Source of the DNA: Ostreococcus tauri
Lineage: Eukaryota
Length of the DNA stretch: 32,000 bases
Direction: 5' to 3'
NCBI GenBank assembly: GCA_000214015.2
Contig: CAID01000003.2
Span: 318,999-350,998 of the forward strand
Shown here: positions 1 through 8,935 of the stretch, one piece after another
Layout: every line of letters begins with the position of its first letter
Numbering within the stretch: the first letter of the stretch is position 1
Translations under genes and position numbers: made by a program
Notes under the pieces: model-generated
What the model was told of the DNA's origin: nothing
What the model saw: only the letters and a program-made list of their open reading frames with translations
The model's database searches: none

Positions 1-1311
1 CCTACCTCGAAACTTGCCCAAGACAACACATATGCGGCCTCCCAGCTTGGGTAAAACTGTCTCCAACGCCCGCTGGTCGATTTCGATCGTCTTACCCCCT
101 CCGTCTATTTGTAAAAGACACTTTGTGGGAGTCAGAACATCCACGATGACTCCCTTCATGAGATAGAACTGCCCGCGACTGAAGCTTTTGCTAACAACGC
201 GCACGCGAACGTTTGTGTACAACCACGGTTCTGCCGCCGTCCCCGCGCTCTTACTATCGTCATTCCTGAAACGCTTCTCTCCTACGCTCGCCTTAGTTTC
301 TCTCTCGCTCATTTCTTGAAGCTCACTGCACCGAACCGTGACCACTGTACCGCTATTACTGAGCTCTATGCTGGCCTTTTCGCCCAGCATCCGCAGAATG
401 CGTCCTGATATTCCAGCGTGCTGCCCATCGGCGATGTACATCATCTTTCCTTCTCTGGGTCCAACTTCTTTTCGTTTAACAAGCTTTTCATCCAATGTCT
501 TCACGTTTCTCATGCCCGCGTCGGCCACTGCCCGCTGGTCGCGTACCATGTCTGCTTTCTTCTCTCGCGTTTCGCCCGGTTTTATGTACTTCTTCTGAGG
601 TGCGTCCTTCTCCGCGGGCTGAGCTCCTAAACCGAGCCGAGCCGCTCGAGGAATAAATTCGACAGCCTCAACCATACCTCTGTGCATTCGACCCACCGCT
701 TTGCCCTCCTCCCAGCCCATTCCGCGCAGCATCGCTTTGCCAAAGTCTTCAATCGGCATGTCCTCATATTCCTCAATCGATGCCTGCTCCGGTAAATCCT
801 CCATATCCTCCTTGAACGCTTGAAGTTCTTTCTCATGCAAACTTTTACCGATGAAGCTCTCACCCGCCTTGTCCCGATCGCTCTTCTCCGCCGCTACTGC
901 GCCGTGCTTTGGTCCCATCTTCGTCAGACCGTACGCCACTCCTTGCTGAGCCAATTCTCCTCCAGCCGCGATCGTCTCCGCGACGTGGAACCTCTTGTTA
1001 TCCCGCTCGATCTCATCTTTCGTCGGTATGAAACTCGGGATCTGCGCGCGAAAATCATCGTCGTCAGTACTCGCGTTGTCTCTCTCTCGCGACTTGCGTC
1101 CGCGCACCTTTCTTCTTCGTCCCGTCCCCACCTCGAACGTGTTCTCGATCCTCGCGATGACCTTATCTCGCACCGGCTCGTCGTCACCGCTCGTTCCTTC
1201 GATCTCGTTTCCCGCCACGCCGGTGACGTACTCCACCGCCTTCGCCTTCTCCTCGTGTTGCACCCCCACGCTTCGCGCCGGTGCCTTTTTCTTCGCCAAT
1301 GAAAACTCCAT
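1..1311 (-). CDS. G-patch + KOW domain protein (GPKOW/MOS2/Spp2 family); C-terminus cut by the window edge
   Basis: Hand translation of the minus strand; the frame is absent from the track because it runs off the window. It reads MEFSLAKKKAPARSVGVQHEEKAKAVEYV... G-patch: FGKAMLRGMGWEEGKAVGRMHRGMVEAVEFIPRAARLGLGA (about 620-740). Two KOW-like segments follow: GKMMYIADGQHAGISGRIL and GQFYLMKGVIVDVL. The ATG is the complement of 1309-1311. The frame stays open further upstream, so an earlier Met is not excluded. Confidence 0.8.
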   Translation of the reverse strand, partial: MEFSLAKKKAPARSVGVQHEEKAKAVEYVTGVAGNEIEGTSGDDEPVRDKVIARIENTFEVGTGRRRKVRGRKSRERDNASTDDDDFRAQIPSFIPTKDEIERDNKRFHVAETIAAGGELAQQGVAYGLTKMGPKHGAVAAEKSDRDKAGESFIGKSLHEKELQAFKEDMEDLPEQASIEEYEDMPIEDFGKAMLRGMGWEEGKAVGRMHRGMVEAVEFIPRAARLGLGAQPAEKDAPQKKYIKPGETREKKADMVRDQRAVADAGMRNVKTLDEKLVKRKEVGPREGKMMYIADGQHAGISGRILRMLGEKASIELSNSGTVVTVRCSELQEMSERETKASVGEKRFRNDDSKSAGTAAEPWLYTNVRVRVVSKSFSRGQFYLMKGVIVDVLTPTKCLLQIDGGGKTIEIDQRALETVLPKLGGRICVVLGKFRGR

Positions 1312-1611
1312 CGTTCGCTTCGACGACGACGACGACGGTGGAGGCGCTTCGGCGGCGACGACGACGACGGATCGACCGACGGACCGCTCGTTCGCTCCTC
1401 CTCGATCGCGATCGATCGACGCGTCGAGAACTCCGCGTCGCCGCGTCGCGCTCGGGCGCTGGGCGCGAGCGACCTCTCGTTTTTCTCGCGATCGGCACAG
1501 GGTGGCGTCGCGCCTCGCCCGAGCGTGGATCGAGCGAAGACGCGCGCATCGCGCTCGAAGCGTCGAGGCGTCGATACGAACGATCTCGACGTCGCGCCGC
1601 ATCGTCGCGAG

Positions 1612-2619
1612 ATGGGAGCGAACGGCGAGAGCGGCGGGACGACGGTGCTCGATGACGATTTCGCCGAATTTAGCGCTCGAGTGCGTGGGGCGTGGAAGCG
1701 CTCGGCGACGTTCACGCTGAGCGCGGTGGTGACGTCGCTGGTGATGCTCATGGTGAGTACAATGGCGGTCGGGGTGACGCGATACGTGGTCGTTCCGAGA
1801 GGGCCGGCGTCGCTGACGACGGATCTAGCGTTCGATTACACGACGACGGCGCCGACGGCAAGAGCGAGCTTTGCGGCGGTAAAATTCGCGAACGTGGAGC
1901 CGGGCGAGGGGGCGAGAATTTTGAGTCCGAAACAAACCTTTGACGTCGAGGTAGAGCTCGTGGTGCCGGAGAGCGAACATAACGCGAACGTTGGTATGTT
2001 CCAGGTGAACGCAAAGCTGTTGACGTCCACCGGACAAAAGTTGCTGGAACGGTCTCGACCAGGAATGGTGACGTACACATCTAGGGAGGTCAGATGGCTC
2101 AAGATGCTCACAAGAGCACCGTTGCACGCGATGGGGATGATCGACGAGAGACAAAGCGTGCGCGTCGCCGTGATTGAAAATTACAAAGAGGACGCGGCGT
2201 CTCCGTTTACGAGTATCGAAGTGACGATGAAACCGCACGCTGGAAGTGAGAAACTGCCACAAATTTACGAAGCGCGAGCGACGATTCACTTAAGTATGAG
2301 TCGTTTCGCTAGCGCGCTATATTTTTACCCGATCGCCTCCTCGCTGATCCTCATCGGCGCGCTCTGGAGTAGTTCGAGTGCCGTCGCCTTGGTGTGCCTT
2401 CTTTTCTACGTGCTCATCAAGGGGAGTAACATGGACGAGACCAAGACCCAGCCACCAGTGACATTGAATCAAAAGTCAAAGCATGCTGGAGCGATCGCCG
2501 ATGCCATCGATTCAATGGACTCAACCCTGAGTGCTCACGCGCCAGAGCAAGTTAACGCGACTTCGATCCTCGATCATGGATTGCGGCATCGCGGCAATCC
2601 GAATGGATCGACGAGCTAG
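1612..2619 (+). CDS. Seipin (BSCL2/Fld1 family) lipid-droplet biogenesis protein
   Basis: This is the track ORF 1525-2619, whose 1525 start is GTG; the first ATG is 1612. Architecture is TM (FTLSAVVTSLVMLMVSTMAV), lumenal domain, TM (ALYFYPIASSLILIGALW). Seipin-like motifs: LAFDY, VELVVPESEHNANVGMFQVNAKLL, SRPGMVTYTS, LPQIYEARATIHL. Confidence 0.8.
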   Translation: MGANGESGGTTVLDDDFAEFSARVRGAWKRSATFTLSAVVTSLVMLMVSTMAVGVTRYVVVPRGPASLTTDLAFDYTTTAPTARASFAAVKFANVEPGEGARILSPKQTFDVEVELVVPESEHNANVGMFQVNAKLLTSTGQKLLERSRPGMVTYTSREVRWLKMLTRAPLHAMGMIDERQSVRVAVIENYKEDAASPFTSIEVTMKPHAGSEKLPQIYEARATIHLSMSRFASALYFYPIASSLILIGALWSSSSAVALVCLLFYVLIKGSNMDETKTQPPVTLNQKSKHAGAIADAIDSMDSTLSAHAPEQVNATSILDHGLRHRGNPNGSTS

Positions 2620-2703
2620 GTGCTTCACTCATTATTCATGTCATTGCAACGTGTATTCTATTTTAGCCTATCTTGTCAATGTCGTCAAAATGATTTCTTC
2701 CCG

Positions 2704-3568
2704 TCACTTTTTCTCCTCGAGTTTGGCCTCTACGAACTCATCTATCAGATAAGGCCAGGCGTCGTTGGGATCATAGGACTGTAAATTTTCGCCCACTTGC
2801 GTGCTAAATTGGAGAACTTGCGACCAGGTATCGTTTGAAATCGCCTTTCCATGGCTTCTCTCGAGAAAATCACACCATTCATCGGTAAAGCACCATTTGT
2901 CGGTCATCAAAACTTTCCACAACCCGACTGCCGTCTCTAGAGCCAAAGCCTTCGCATTTGGTTCCTTTGCAAACCCGAACGTAAACTCGTACACATCCTT
3001 AAAGCTACTTGGTCTGGTCAACTCCTTCCTCAGTGCACCTATTTTCTCCTTTAATTTATCCATGGAGTCGCATTCCATCATCATCATCCCTCGATTGAAC
3101 TCTTCCTTGGTATATTTTCCCATAGTCTCCGCATCCATCTTCATCGATAAAACGAGCGTCACTGGATCCATCGGATCCACACCTAAATTTTCCAGGAATC
3201 TAATGATACCCTCTGCCTCGATTCGTTCTTCTTCCTGACTGTCTTGCACCTTGTACGAGTCGAACATGGCAGTGATACCAGTTGCGTTTGTTGTGGACTT
3301 CTTGGAGCTCCTCGAGCGCGCTGAGTAGAAGTAATACTCGAACGCGGCATCCATGTTCCACGATGCGTCCTTCAGCGCCTGTATTGCACCCACCTCATCG
3401 TTCGTGTCGGCGACGTCCATGAAACGCCGCACGGTGAGCTTCTGATTCTTGTTGAGCTTGTTCTGATTGGTTTTTCGAAAGTGTGGAAGCGTCAGTCGGA
3501 GATCTCGAGCGAGCGAGGCGCGACGCGAGCGCCCCCCGCGATGACGACGAGAACGCTGTGCGTACCAT
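2704..3568 (-). CDS. DCN1: DCN1-like protein (defective in cullin neddylation 1; UBA-like + PONY domain), two exons: 3566-3568 (ATG only) and 2704-3462
   Basis: ORF 2704-3432 encodes a PONY/DCUN1 domain (GIIRFLENLGVDPMDPVTLVLSMKMDAETMGKYTKEEF...FKDVYEFTFGFAKE...ALALETAVGLWKVL...AWPYLIDEFV). The conserved N-terminal residues NKLNKNQKLTVRRFM lie upstream of the track's GTG start, and no in-frame ATG exists there. The minus-strand ATG at 3568-3566 followed by GTACGC, with a CAG acceptor ending at 3463, restores M|NKLNKNQK in phase 0. Confidence 0.85.
3463..3565 (-). other. Spliceosomal intron (103 nt) immediately after the DCN1 start codon
   Basis: On the minus strand: donor GTACGC, ACTGACG at 3496-3490, and the first AG downstream of it is the CAG ending at 3463. 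The phase is exactly preserved. If the intron is retained, there is an in-frame TAG at 3592-3594 and no ATG. Confidence 0.7.
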
Positions 3569-3807
3569 TTCCAGCGCGAGGTCGAGACAACCTAGCGCGT
3601 CGACTGCTCGGCGCGCGCGGTCGGATGACGACCTCGCCAAGGGAAGAAGGAGCTTTGCGCTTTAGAGCCCCTTGTCTTGTTGCGAATGGCTTTTGAAGCG
3701 CATGGGTCAACTAATGTGCGGCGATAAGCATACCAAGGAATCTCACATCTTTTCTACAAGGTCAATCACTAGGCCGTTAATCAGCGCTCGTTCGGGTGGT
3801 AGATCAG

Positions 3808-5163
3808 TTAGACGTGCGTCTGACCGCGCGTCGGAACACTTGTGATTATCTCCAATTTGCGCTGCAAGTACGCAGCAGCAATCAGGAAAAACGAGCACAT
3901 GGCGAACATAGACGTCAGCGGGAATAAGGCGACGTTGTACAAGATGACACAGACGAAAAGGTTAAGAGGAATTCTGAAGCAGTTCATAACTGTGCTCCTG
4001 ATCTCTTCTGGAACATATGTCGCTCGCATCTTCATCATGCTCGGCCAGAAAATACCAACCAAGCACTCGAAGACGAGGAAACCCATCATGATTAGCTTAC
4101 CTTCAAACGTGATAGATTGCCCGGAAGAGTAGTTTTGTTCGAAAGGAAACATCTTGAGAACGACTGGCAACGCCAAGGATGCCGCCGAGGCCAAGAAGAC
4201 GTACTGCATGTACTTCTCCGGACGCATGTCCTTGTCCCCGAGAAGTTGTCCCGCAAAGGACGAGCCGATCATGCACGCGACCATCATGGTTGCGAAAATC
4301 ATTCCGTGCGGGATGATCTCGTCGTTTGGACTCAAAGCGGGAGTCCAGAGGAATACAAAAGAATACATCGCTGCCTCGAAGAGCGACTGCATGGCTCCAA
4401 GGTACAGCACTTTCTTATCGTTGAAGATGGCTTTCCACGCCGCGTGGAAGCTTGCTTGAAGCGATGCGTTATCTTTCACGTCTCCTTTGTTTTCCGTCCA
4501 CGTCAGAGCGATGATAACGCCGCCGACTGCCAGGAAAGTAGCTGCGGCATCAAACGGAGCCACCGGCCCGAGTTCCATGTCTGTCACCAAATAGTTCGCC
4601 AACAGCCCGGCGATGATGGAGACCAGACCGTTGCCGATGAAAATCGCCTTGGAAAATGTTCCGCTCAACCATTCTGGGTCGTAACTTCTAGAGAAGTGCT
4701 CGGAAACGAGCCAAGACTCAAACGCGGTGAACAATAGAGACGTCGCGATGCCTCCAAAGAATCGACCGAGCATGAGAACACCGTAATCGCTCCAGTGCTT
4801 CGTGATGCACGACGCGATATAAGTCACGACGTAGGTTAAACCCGCGAGCTTTCGCCCGTACCTGTCCGCTAAACTCCCGACGATGGTGCCAAAGATCATG
4901 CTCGAGCCGAAACCGGCTATGAACAGCTTCCCGATGTCTCCCGTGCCGTATCCGTAGTGCTTATACAACGCGTACACGTACGGTCCCTGTAACCAATCCC
5001 CCGCCATCATCAGTGCGTAGACGACGAGGTAGTTATTCCTGAACGCCAAGAAATTCGCCGGAAGATTTCCCGCCGCGCCCTTTCCGCTCGGGCGCTTGCT
5101 CAGCTCGATCCCCGCGCAGCCGATCGCGAGCGCGATGAACGTGAGGACGTAGAACCCCTCCAT
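3808..5163 (-). CDS. MOT2: Molybdate-anion transporter, MFS_5 family (MFSD5/MOT2-like), 12-TM
   Basis: ORF 3808-5289; the Arg-rich 42 aa at the ORF start look non-coding. The likely Met is MEGFYVLTFIALAIG (complement of 5161-5163). Family motifs: MAGDWLQGPYVYALYKHYGY, FIAGFGSSMIFGTIVGSLADRYGRK, GRFFGGIATSLLFTAFESWLVSEH, FLWTPAL. Confidence 0.85.
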   Translation of the reverse strand: MEGFYVLTFIALAIGCAGIELSKRPSGKGAAGNLPANFLAFRNNYLVVYALMMAGDWLQGPYVYALYKHYGYGTGDIGKLFIAGFGSSMIFGTIVGSLADRYGRKLAGLTYVVTYIASCITKHWSDYGVLMLGRFFGGIATSLLFTAFESWLVSEHFSRSYDPEWLSGTFSKAIFIGNGLVSIIAGLLANYLVTDMELGPVAPFDAAATFLAVGGVIIALTWTENKGDVKDNASLQASFHAAWKAIFNDKKVLYLGAMQSLFEAAMYSFVFLWTPALSPNDEIIPHGMIFATMMVACMIGSSFAGQLLGDKDMRPEKYMQYVFLASAASLALPVVLKMFPFEQNYSSGQSITFEGKLIMMGFLVFECLVGIFWPSMMKMRATYVPEEIRSTVMNCFRIPLNLFVCVILYNVALFPLTSMFAMCSFFLIAAAYLQRKLEIITSVPTRGQTHV

Positions 5164-6069
5164 CGCGAATCCAACGCGTTTGTCGTCCCACGCGCGCGCG
5201 CTCGACGTTCGCGACCTCGACTGCGGTGCGCGCGGACGCGACGTCGCCGGAGACGACCGAAGGCGTTCGCTTCGATGTCGCCCTCGCATTTAGGCGCGCA
5301 TTCATGACCTTTCACGAATCTTTTTAATCGATCAAAGGGATTCTTTCTCTTTTCGCGTGACCCCACGCGAGATCTCCGTTTCGATCTCGAGCTTCGCGCT
5401 CGAGGGGGCGCGCGCTTTCGTGTGTCCACGTCGTCCGCGACCGCATCACAACGCGACCGCTCGCACGCACGCACGCGATGCAATCCTTGTGCTTTAACCC
5501 ACTCACCGTGAGGTAATGATCGCGCGATCGTCGAGCGAGAGAGGACGCGAACGCGAGGAATTTCGGATGCGGTTGCGGGCGGTTTTATCCATCTGCCGAC
5601 GACCTCCTCAGCGCGTGGGCGCTCGTAGGAGCGTTCACGCGCGTCAAAGAGGGCGAGAGACTGACGAGAGATTTTCGTTCGACGCAGATCTACCGCCGCG
5701 CGCGCGCAAACCCCGCGCACGCGATCGACGAGGTGCGTACAGTCGCCCGCGATAAGGTCAGAAGTATCTCGCGAGGTCTTCCGACGAGGACGACGCGGAG
5801 CGAGCTCGTAGGCGCAGCGAACGCGCGAGGAGAGCTCGGATGGCGAACGAGAGATTTCTTTAGAGATACCTATCGACGCGTCGACGCGTCGCCGTCCTCG
5901 CCGAGCGCGCGCGGGGTGGCTATTTCGAGCGACCCGATCGGGTGATGCCAAGGCTGGCTGGTCAGCTGACGCTCGTCCAGTTGTTTGTCGGGTGTGATCG
6001 TGCACGTATTGCGTGCGCCGATGTGATGTATCGCTCAATGACTGACGTAAGTGATTCTCGCTCTTCCGT

Positions 6070-6699
6070 ATGCGCAGAAGCATCGTCTGCACGGCCACCA
6101 CCGAAGGCCGAAAGGCGGCTCCGCTCAAGACGGGCGGCACTCTCGAAGGCGAGAAGGCTTTCGGCAAGGCTGCCGGCGCCGCGGCCTTGACTGGCCAAAT
6201 CTTCCAAGGCGAGACGACGAAGTGGAGCGATCCGCGCTGGGTTAATGGTAACTGGGATCTCGAACAGTTCAAGAACTCGGCGGGCGAGGTTGACTGGGAT
6301 GCCGTGATCGATGCCGAAATTGTCCACCGTAAGATGTTGGAAGACTGCCCGGCTGTGTACGATGAAGACGGTCTCTTCGACACATCTATCGTCCCGTGGC
6401 ACGTGTGGATGCGCCGATTCCATCTCCCGGAGGCGGAGAAGGCGAACGGCCGCGCTGCGATGATCGGCTATGCCTTCGCGTACCTCATCGACGCTGCTGG
6501 CGGCGCTGGCCTCGTTGACTTGCACAACTCTTTCTTGGGCAAGACCGCCATTCTCGTCACCATTCTCGGTGTCACCATGATTCGATCCCTCAAGGATCTC
6601 GATATGCTCAAGGATCTCGCGGAAGAAGCCACCTTCTACGACAAGCAATGGAACGCGTCCTGGGAAGGTGTTGAACGCCCGTCGGAGACGCAAAAGTGA
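6070..6699 (+). CDS. LIL3: LIL3-type light-harvesting-like protein (single LHC/CAB helix); 5' end uncertain (alternative model: exon 5945-6012 + intron 6013-6077 + 6078-6699)
   Basis: KWSDPRWVNGNWDLEQFKNSAGEVDWDAVIDAEIVHRKMLED...LFDTSIVPWHVWMRRFHLPEAEKANGRAAMIGYAFAYLIDAAGGAGLVD...ATFYDKQW. The ExxNGRxAMxG chlorophyll-binding helix and the flanking blocks match plant LIL3 as I recall it. ATG 6070 is a true ATG but leaves an atypically short presequence. Confidence 0.75.
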   Translation: MRRSIVCTATTEGRKAAPLKTGGTLEGEKAFGKAAGAAALTGQIFQGETTKWSDPRWVNGNWDLEQFKNSAGEVDWDAVIDAEIVHRKMLEDCPAVYDEDGLFDTSIVPWHVWMRRFHLPEAEKANGRAAMIGYAFAYLIDAAGGAGLVDLHNSFLGKTAILVTILGVTMIRSLKDLDMLKDLAEEATFYDKQWNASWEGVERPSETQK

Positions 6700-6976
6700 G
6701 CGTCACAGTTTTCGTTTAAACATTAGGTACCTGTAGCTTGCTTGCCGTAATCTTCGTCGAGTCGATATTGCTCGACGGATTTTACGCTTCCTTATAAAAG
6801 ATGATTATTCATTGGTTGAATCATTCGACGCCCTACGTGCTCCCACGAACATACTTCTGAGTGACGCGAAGAGCAACGGTCCCACTGCTCTCAGAGCGTG
6901 TCGCTAGCTCGCGGTGTGATCCAGCCCGCGCGCGTCGACCGCAAGCGATGCTTCAAATGCGATTCACCCCCAAGTG

Positions 6977-8833
6977 ATGCGCACGGAGGTCGTATACTCA
7001 CGCCAACGCGCGACGAGCGCTGGTGGAGCATCGAAGTTGCGTTCAACCAACAGACAAATAGATTCTCGGTCGTCGACGATCGCGCGAGCGATGCGGTTCG
7101 ATGCGAAAAGCGTGACGATCGATGTGACGTCATTTACTCCGCGCGATGCGCTGCAGACGCTGGAGAAATATATGCACGAGGGGGCGAAGTATCATCAACT
7201 GAGAGGCATCGTGGCGAACTGGTTCGCGGAGGTTGTCCCTGAGCCGGCGACATTCGTCGTTGAGTTCGTCGAAATCGTGTTCGTCCGGCTGAGCGAGCAC
7301 GGTTACAGAGAGACAGAGGATGACGACGGAGACGCCATGGTGTGCATGTACTTGATGTTAGAGAGCTTGGGCCGTGTGCCAGGAGCGAGGGAAGGCCGCA
7401 CTCGCCGACGTTTCGCAACCAACGTCACGCGCGGGGTCGTGAAGTCGGATCGCGCTCGCGCTCGCGCTGGAAAGTTGGTTAAATTGGCGATTACAGATAT
7501 CACAGAACTTAGTATTGCGCCAGTGCGCCCAGTGGTGCGACTCATCGAGACGTTTGGCCTCGAGTTGGAAGACTTGAGTTTTGCGAGTCGTGACGAGGCA
7601 AGTGATGCAGTGACACGTTACATCAACGAGCAGATCGATCGGGGCAAGCAGCGCTCGGCCATGGCGCTCGTGTTTCACTTCAATTTGGACCAATTTGCGA
7701 CGTTTGAAACGCTTCTTGGCTTGGTACAGGCGAAGGAATATACGATCGCGCTTGAGTTCGCTTCCATGGAACCTCGCCTAACAAAACAGTGGATTGAGCT
7801 GTGTATCAATGATGGTGTAGAGAACCACAATCACGCGTCGCTACGCAACGCATATAAAGCCGTCACTACGTTTAAGTTAGAACATGAGTTTCCCGACGTG
7901 CGAACGGTATATTACAAATCAACTATTTCAAGAATGATTGGAAAAGGGAGTTTTGAAGCGGCGTTAAGACGCGCTGGTTCGGATGAAGAACTGCAACGGT
8001 GGGTCGTGGAGTCTCTCGCTGCGACGGATCAGTTTGAGTACGCCGTCGAATACGCAAATCGCTGCGGACTATATTTCAACTGTGATGCAAACGAGTTGGC
8101 CGAGATACAAGCGCGTCGTCGAGCAACTTTTTTTCAGTTGCCACGGCATCTTGATGGTGCGTGCGTCTTTGTAGACGACGAGAAAAGCTTACTTGAGGCG
8201 TCACACCGGTACCTTTGGAATCAAGGTATGATCGGAATTGACACAGAGTGGGGAGCAGACGTGGGAGAGGATGCGGATAACGCCGATCGTAGCGGGGATG
8301 AGGTCGCAATACTGCAGATAGCGTCCCAGCTCGGGGTGGTGATTTTGGACGTCCCCAAGCTTCTGTACTCTTGTCCGGACACCTTGGAGACTACCATCGG
8401 GAAGATGTTCGAAGACGAGGAGGTTTTAAAGTTAGGGTTTGCAGTTCAAGAGGACCTTCGACGGTTGTCTAAGTGTCACAAGGCGTTTAAGACCGTGCAA
8501 GGGGTCGTTGATTTACAGAAGCTATGGAAATTGCTCGTCTCGAAAGCGCGCACACGCAGCGTCTCTGCTCCTTGGTCGACCGAGGCCGAACTTTTGCGGT
8601 ATCAACCCGTGGGTCTTAGTGCTTTAGTGGCTGCCGTGCTTGGAAAACCACTGGACAAGATGATGAGGATGTCCGACTGGAGCCGTCGCCCGCTGACGCA
8701 GTCGCAAATGGAGTACGCCGCTCTCGACGCATGGACTCTCGTCGAGGTCCATCGCACGTTGCTCGAGGCTCACGGCGCACACTACTCTCCACTCCTCGAG
8801 CGAGTGCGTAAATCGTACGACTATACGCGTTAG
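6977..8833 (+). CDS. Mut-7/EXD3-like protein with C-terminal DEDD 3'-5' exonuclease domain
   Basis: ORF 6974-8833 (6974 is GTG; first ATG 6977; alternative ATG 7091 = MRFDAKSV). Exonuclease motifs: IGIDTEWGAD (ExoI), ILQIAS, LKLGFAVQEDLRRL (ExoII), LDKMMRMSDWSRRPLTQSQMEYAALDAWTLVEV (ExoIII). The long helical N-terminal region resembles Mut-7 homologues. Confidence 0.75.
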   Translation: MRTEVVYSRQRATSAGGASKLRSTNRQIDSRSSTIARAMRFDAKSVTIDVTSFTPRDALQTLEKYMHEGAKYHQLRGIVANWFAEVVPEPATFVVEFVEIVFVRLSEHGYRETEDDDGDAMVCMYLMLESLGRVPGAREGRTRRRFATNVTRGVVKSDRARARAGKLVKLAITDITELSIAPVRPVVRLIETFGLELEDLSFASRDEASDAVTRYINEQIDRGKQRSAMALVFHFNLDQFATFETLLGLVQAKEYTIALEFASMEPRLTKQWIELCINDGVENHNHASLRNAYKAVTTFKLEHEFPDVRTVYYKSTISRMIGKGSFEAALRRAGSDEELQRWVVESLAATDQFEYAVEYANRCGLYFNCDANELAEIQARRRATFFQLPRHLDGACVFVDDEKSLLEASHRYLWNQGMIGIDTEWGADVGEDADNADRSGDEVAILQIASQLGVVILDVPKLLYSCPDTLETTIGKMFEDEEVLKLGFAVQEDLRRLSKCHKAFKTVQGVVDLQKLWKLLVSKARTRSVSAPWSTEAELLRYQPVGLSALVAAVLGKPLDKMMRMSDWSRRPLTQSQMEYAALDAWTLVEVHRTLLEAHGAHYSPLLERVRKSYDYTR

Positions 8834-8935
8834 TACTTTGCATAATCGTAGCAAGATGTTATTCCGCGCTCGACCATACAATTCTGCGCCGCGACGTCGA
8901 TCCCGCTCCCACTCAGCGCCCGCACGGCGTCATCG

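Noticed and set aside
924-1751. 275-aa minus ORF and 241-aa plus ORF over the GPKOW/seipin divergent region
   Set aside because: They are Arg-rich low complexity in frames different from the G-patch/KOW CDS (which I translated by hand) and from seipin.
6047-6077. gtaagt...cag mini-intron (31 nt) upstream of LIL3
   Set aside because: It is too short for a spliceosomal intron. The phase with the upstream ATGs (6026, 6038) puts the downstream exon out of the LIL3 frame. The GTGCGC donor at 6013 gives a consistent 65-nt alternative.
5100-6383. 427-aa minus-strand ORF spanning the MOT2-LIL3 spacer and the 5' half of LIL3
   Set aside because: It is Arg/Ser/Ala-rich low complexity with no domain. 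It is antisense to the well-supported LIL3 CDS and overlaps the MOT2 N-terminus. This is typical stop-codon-poor GC-rich sequence.
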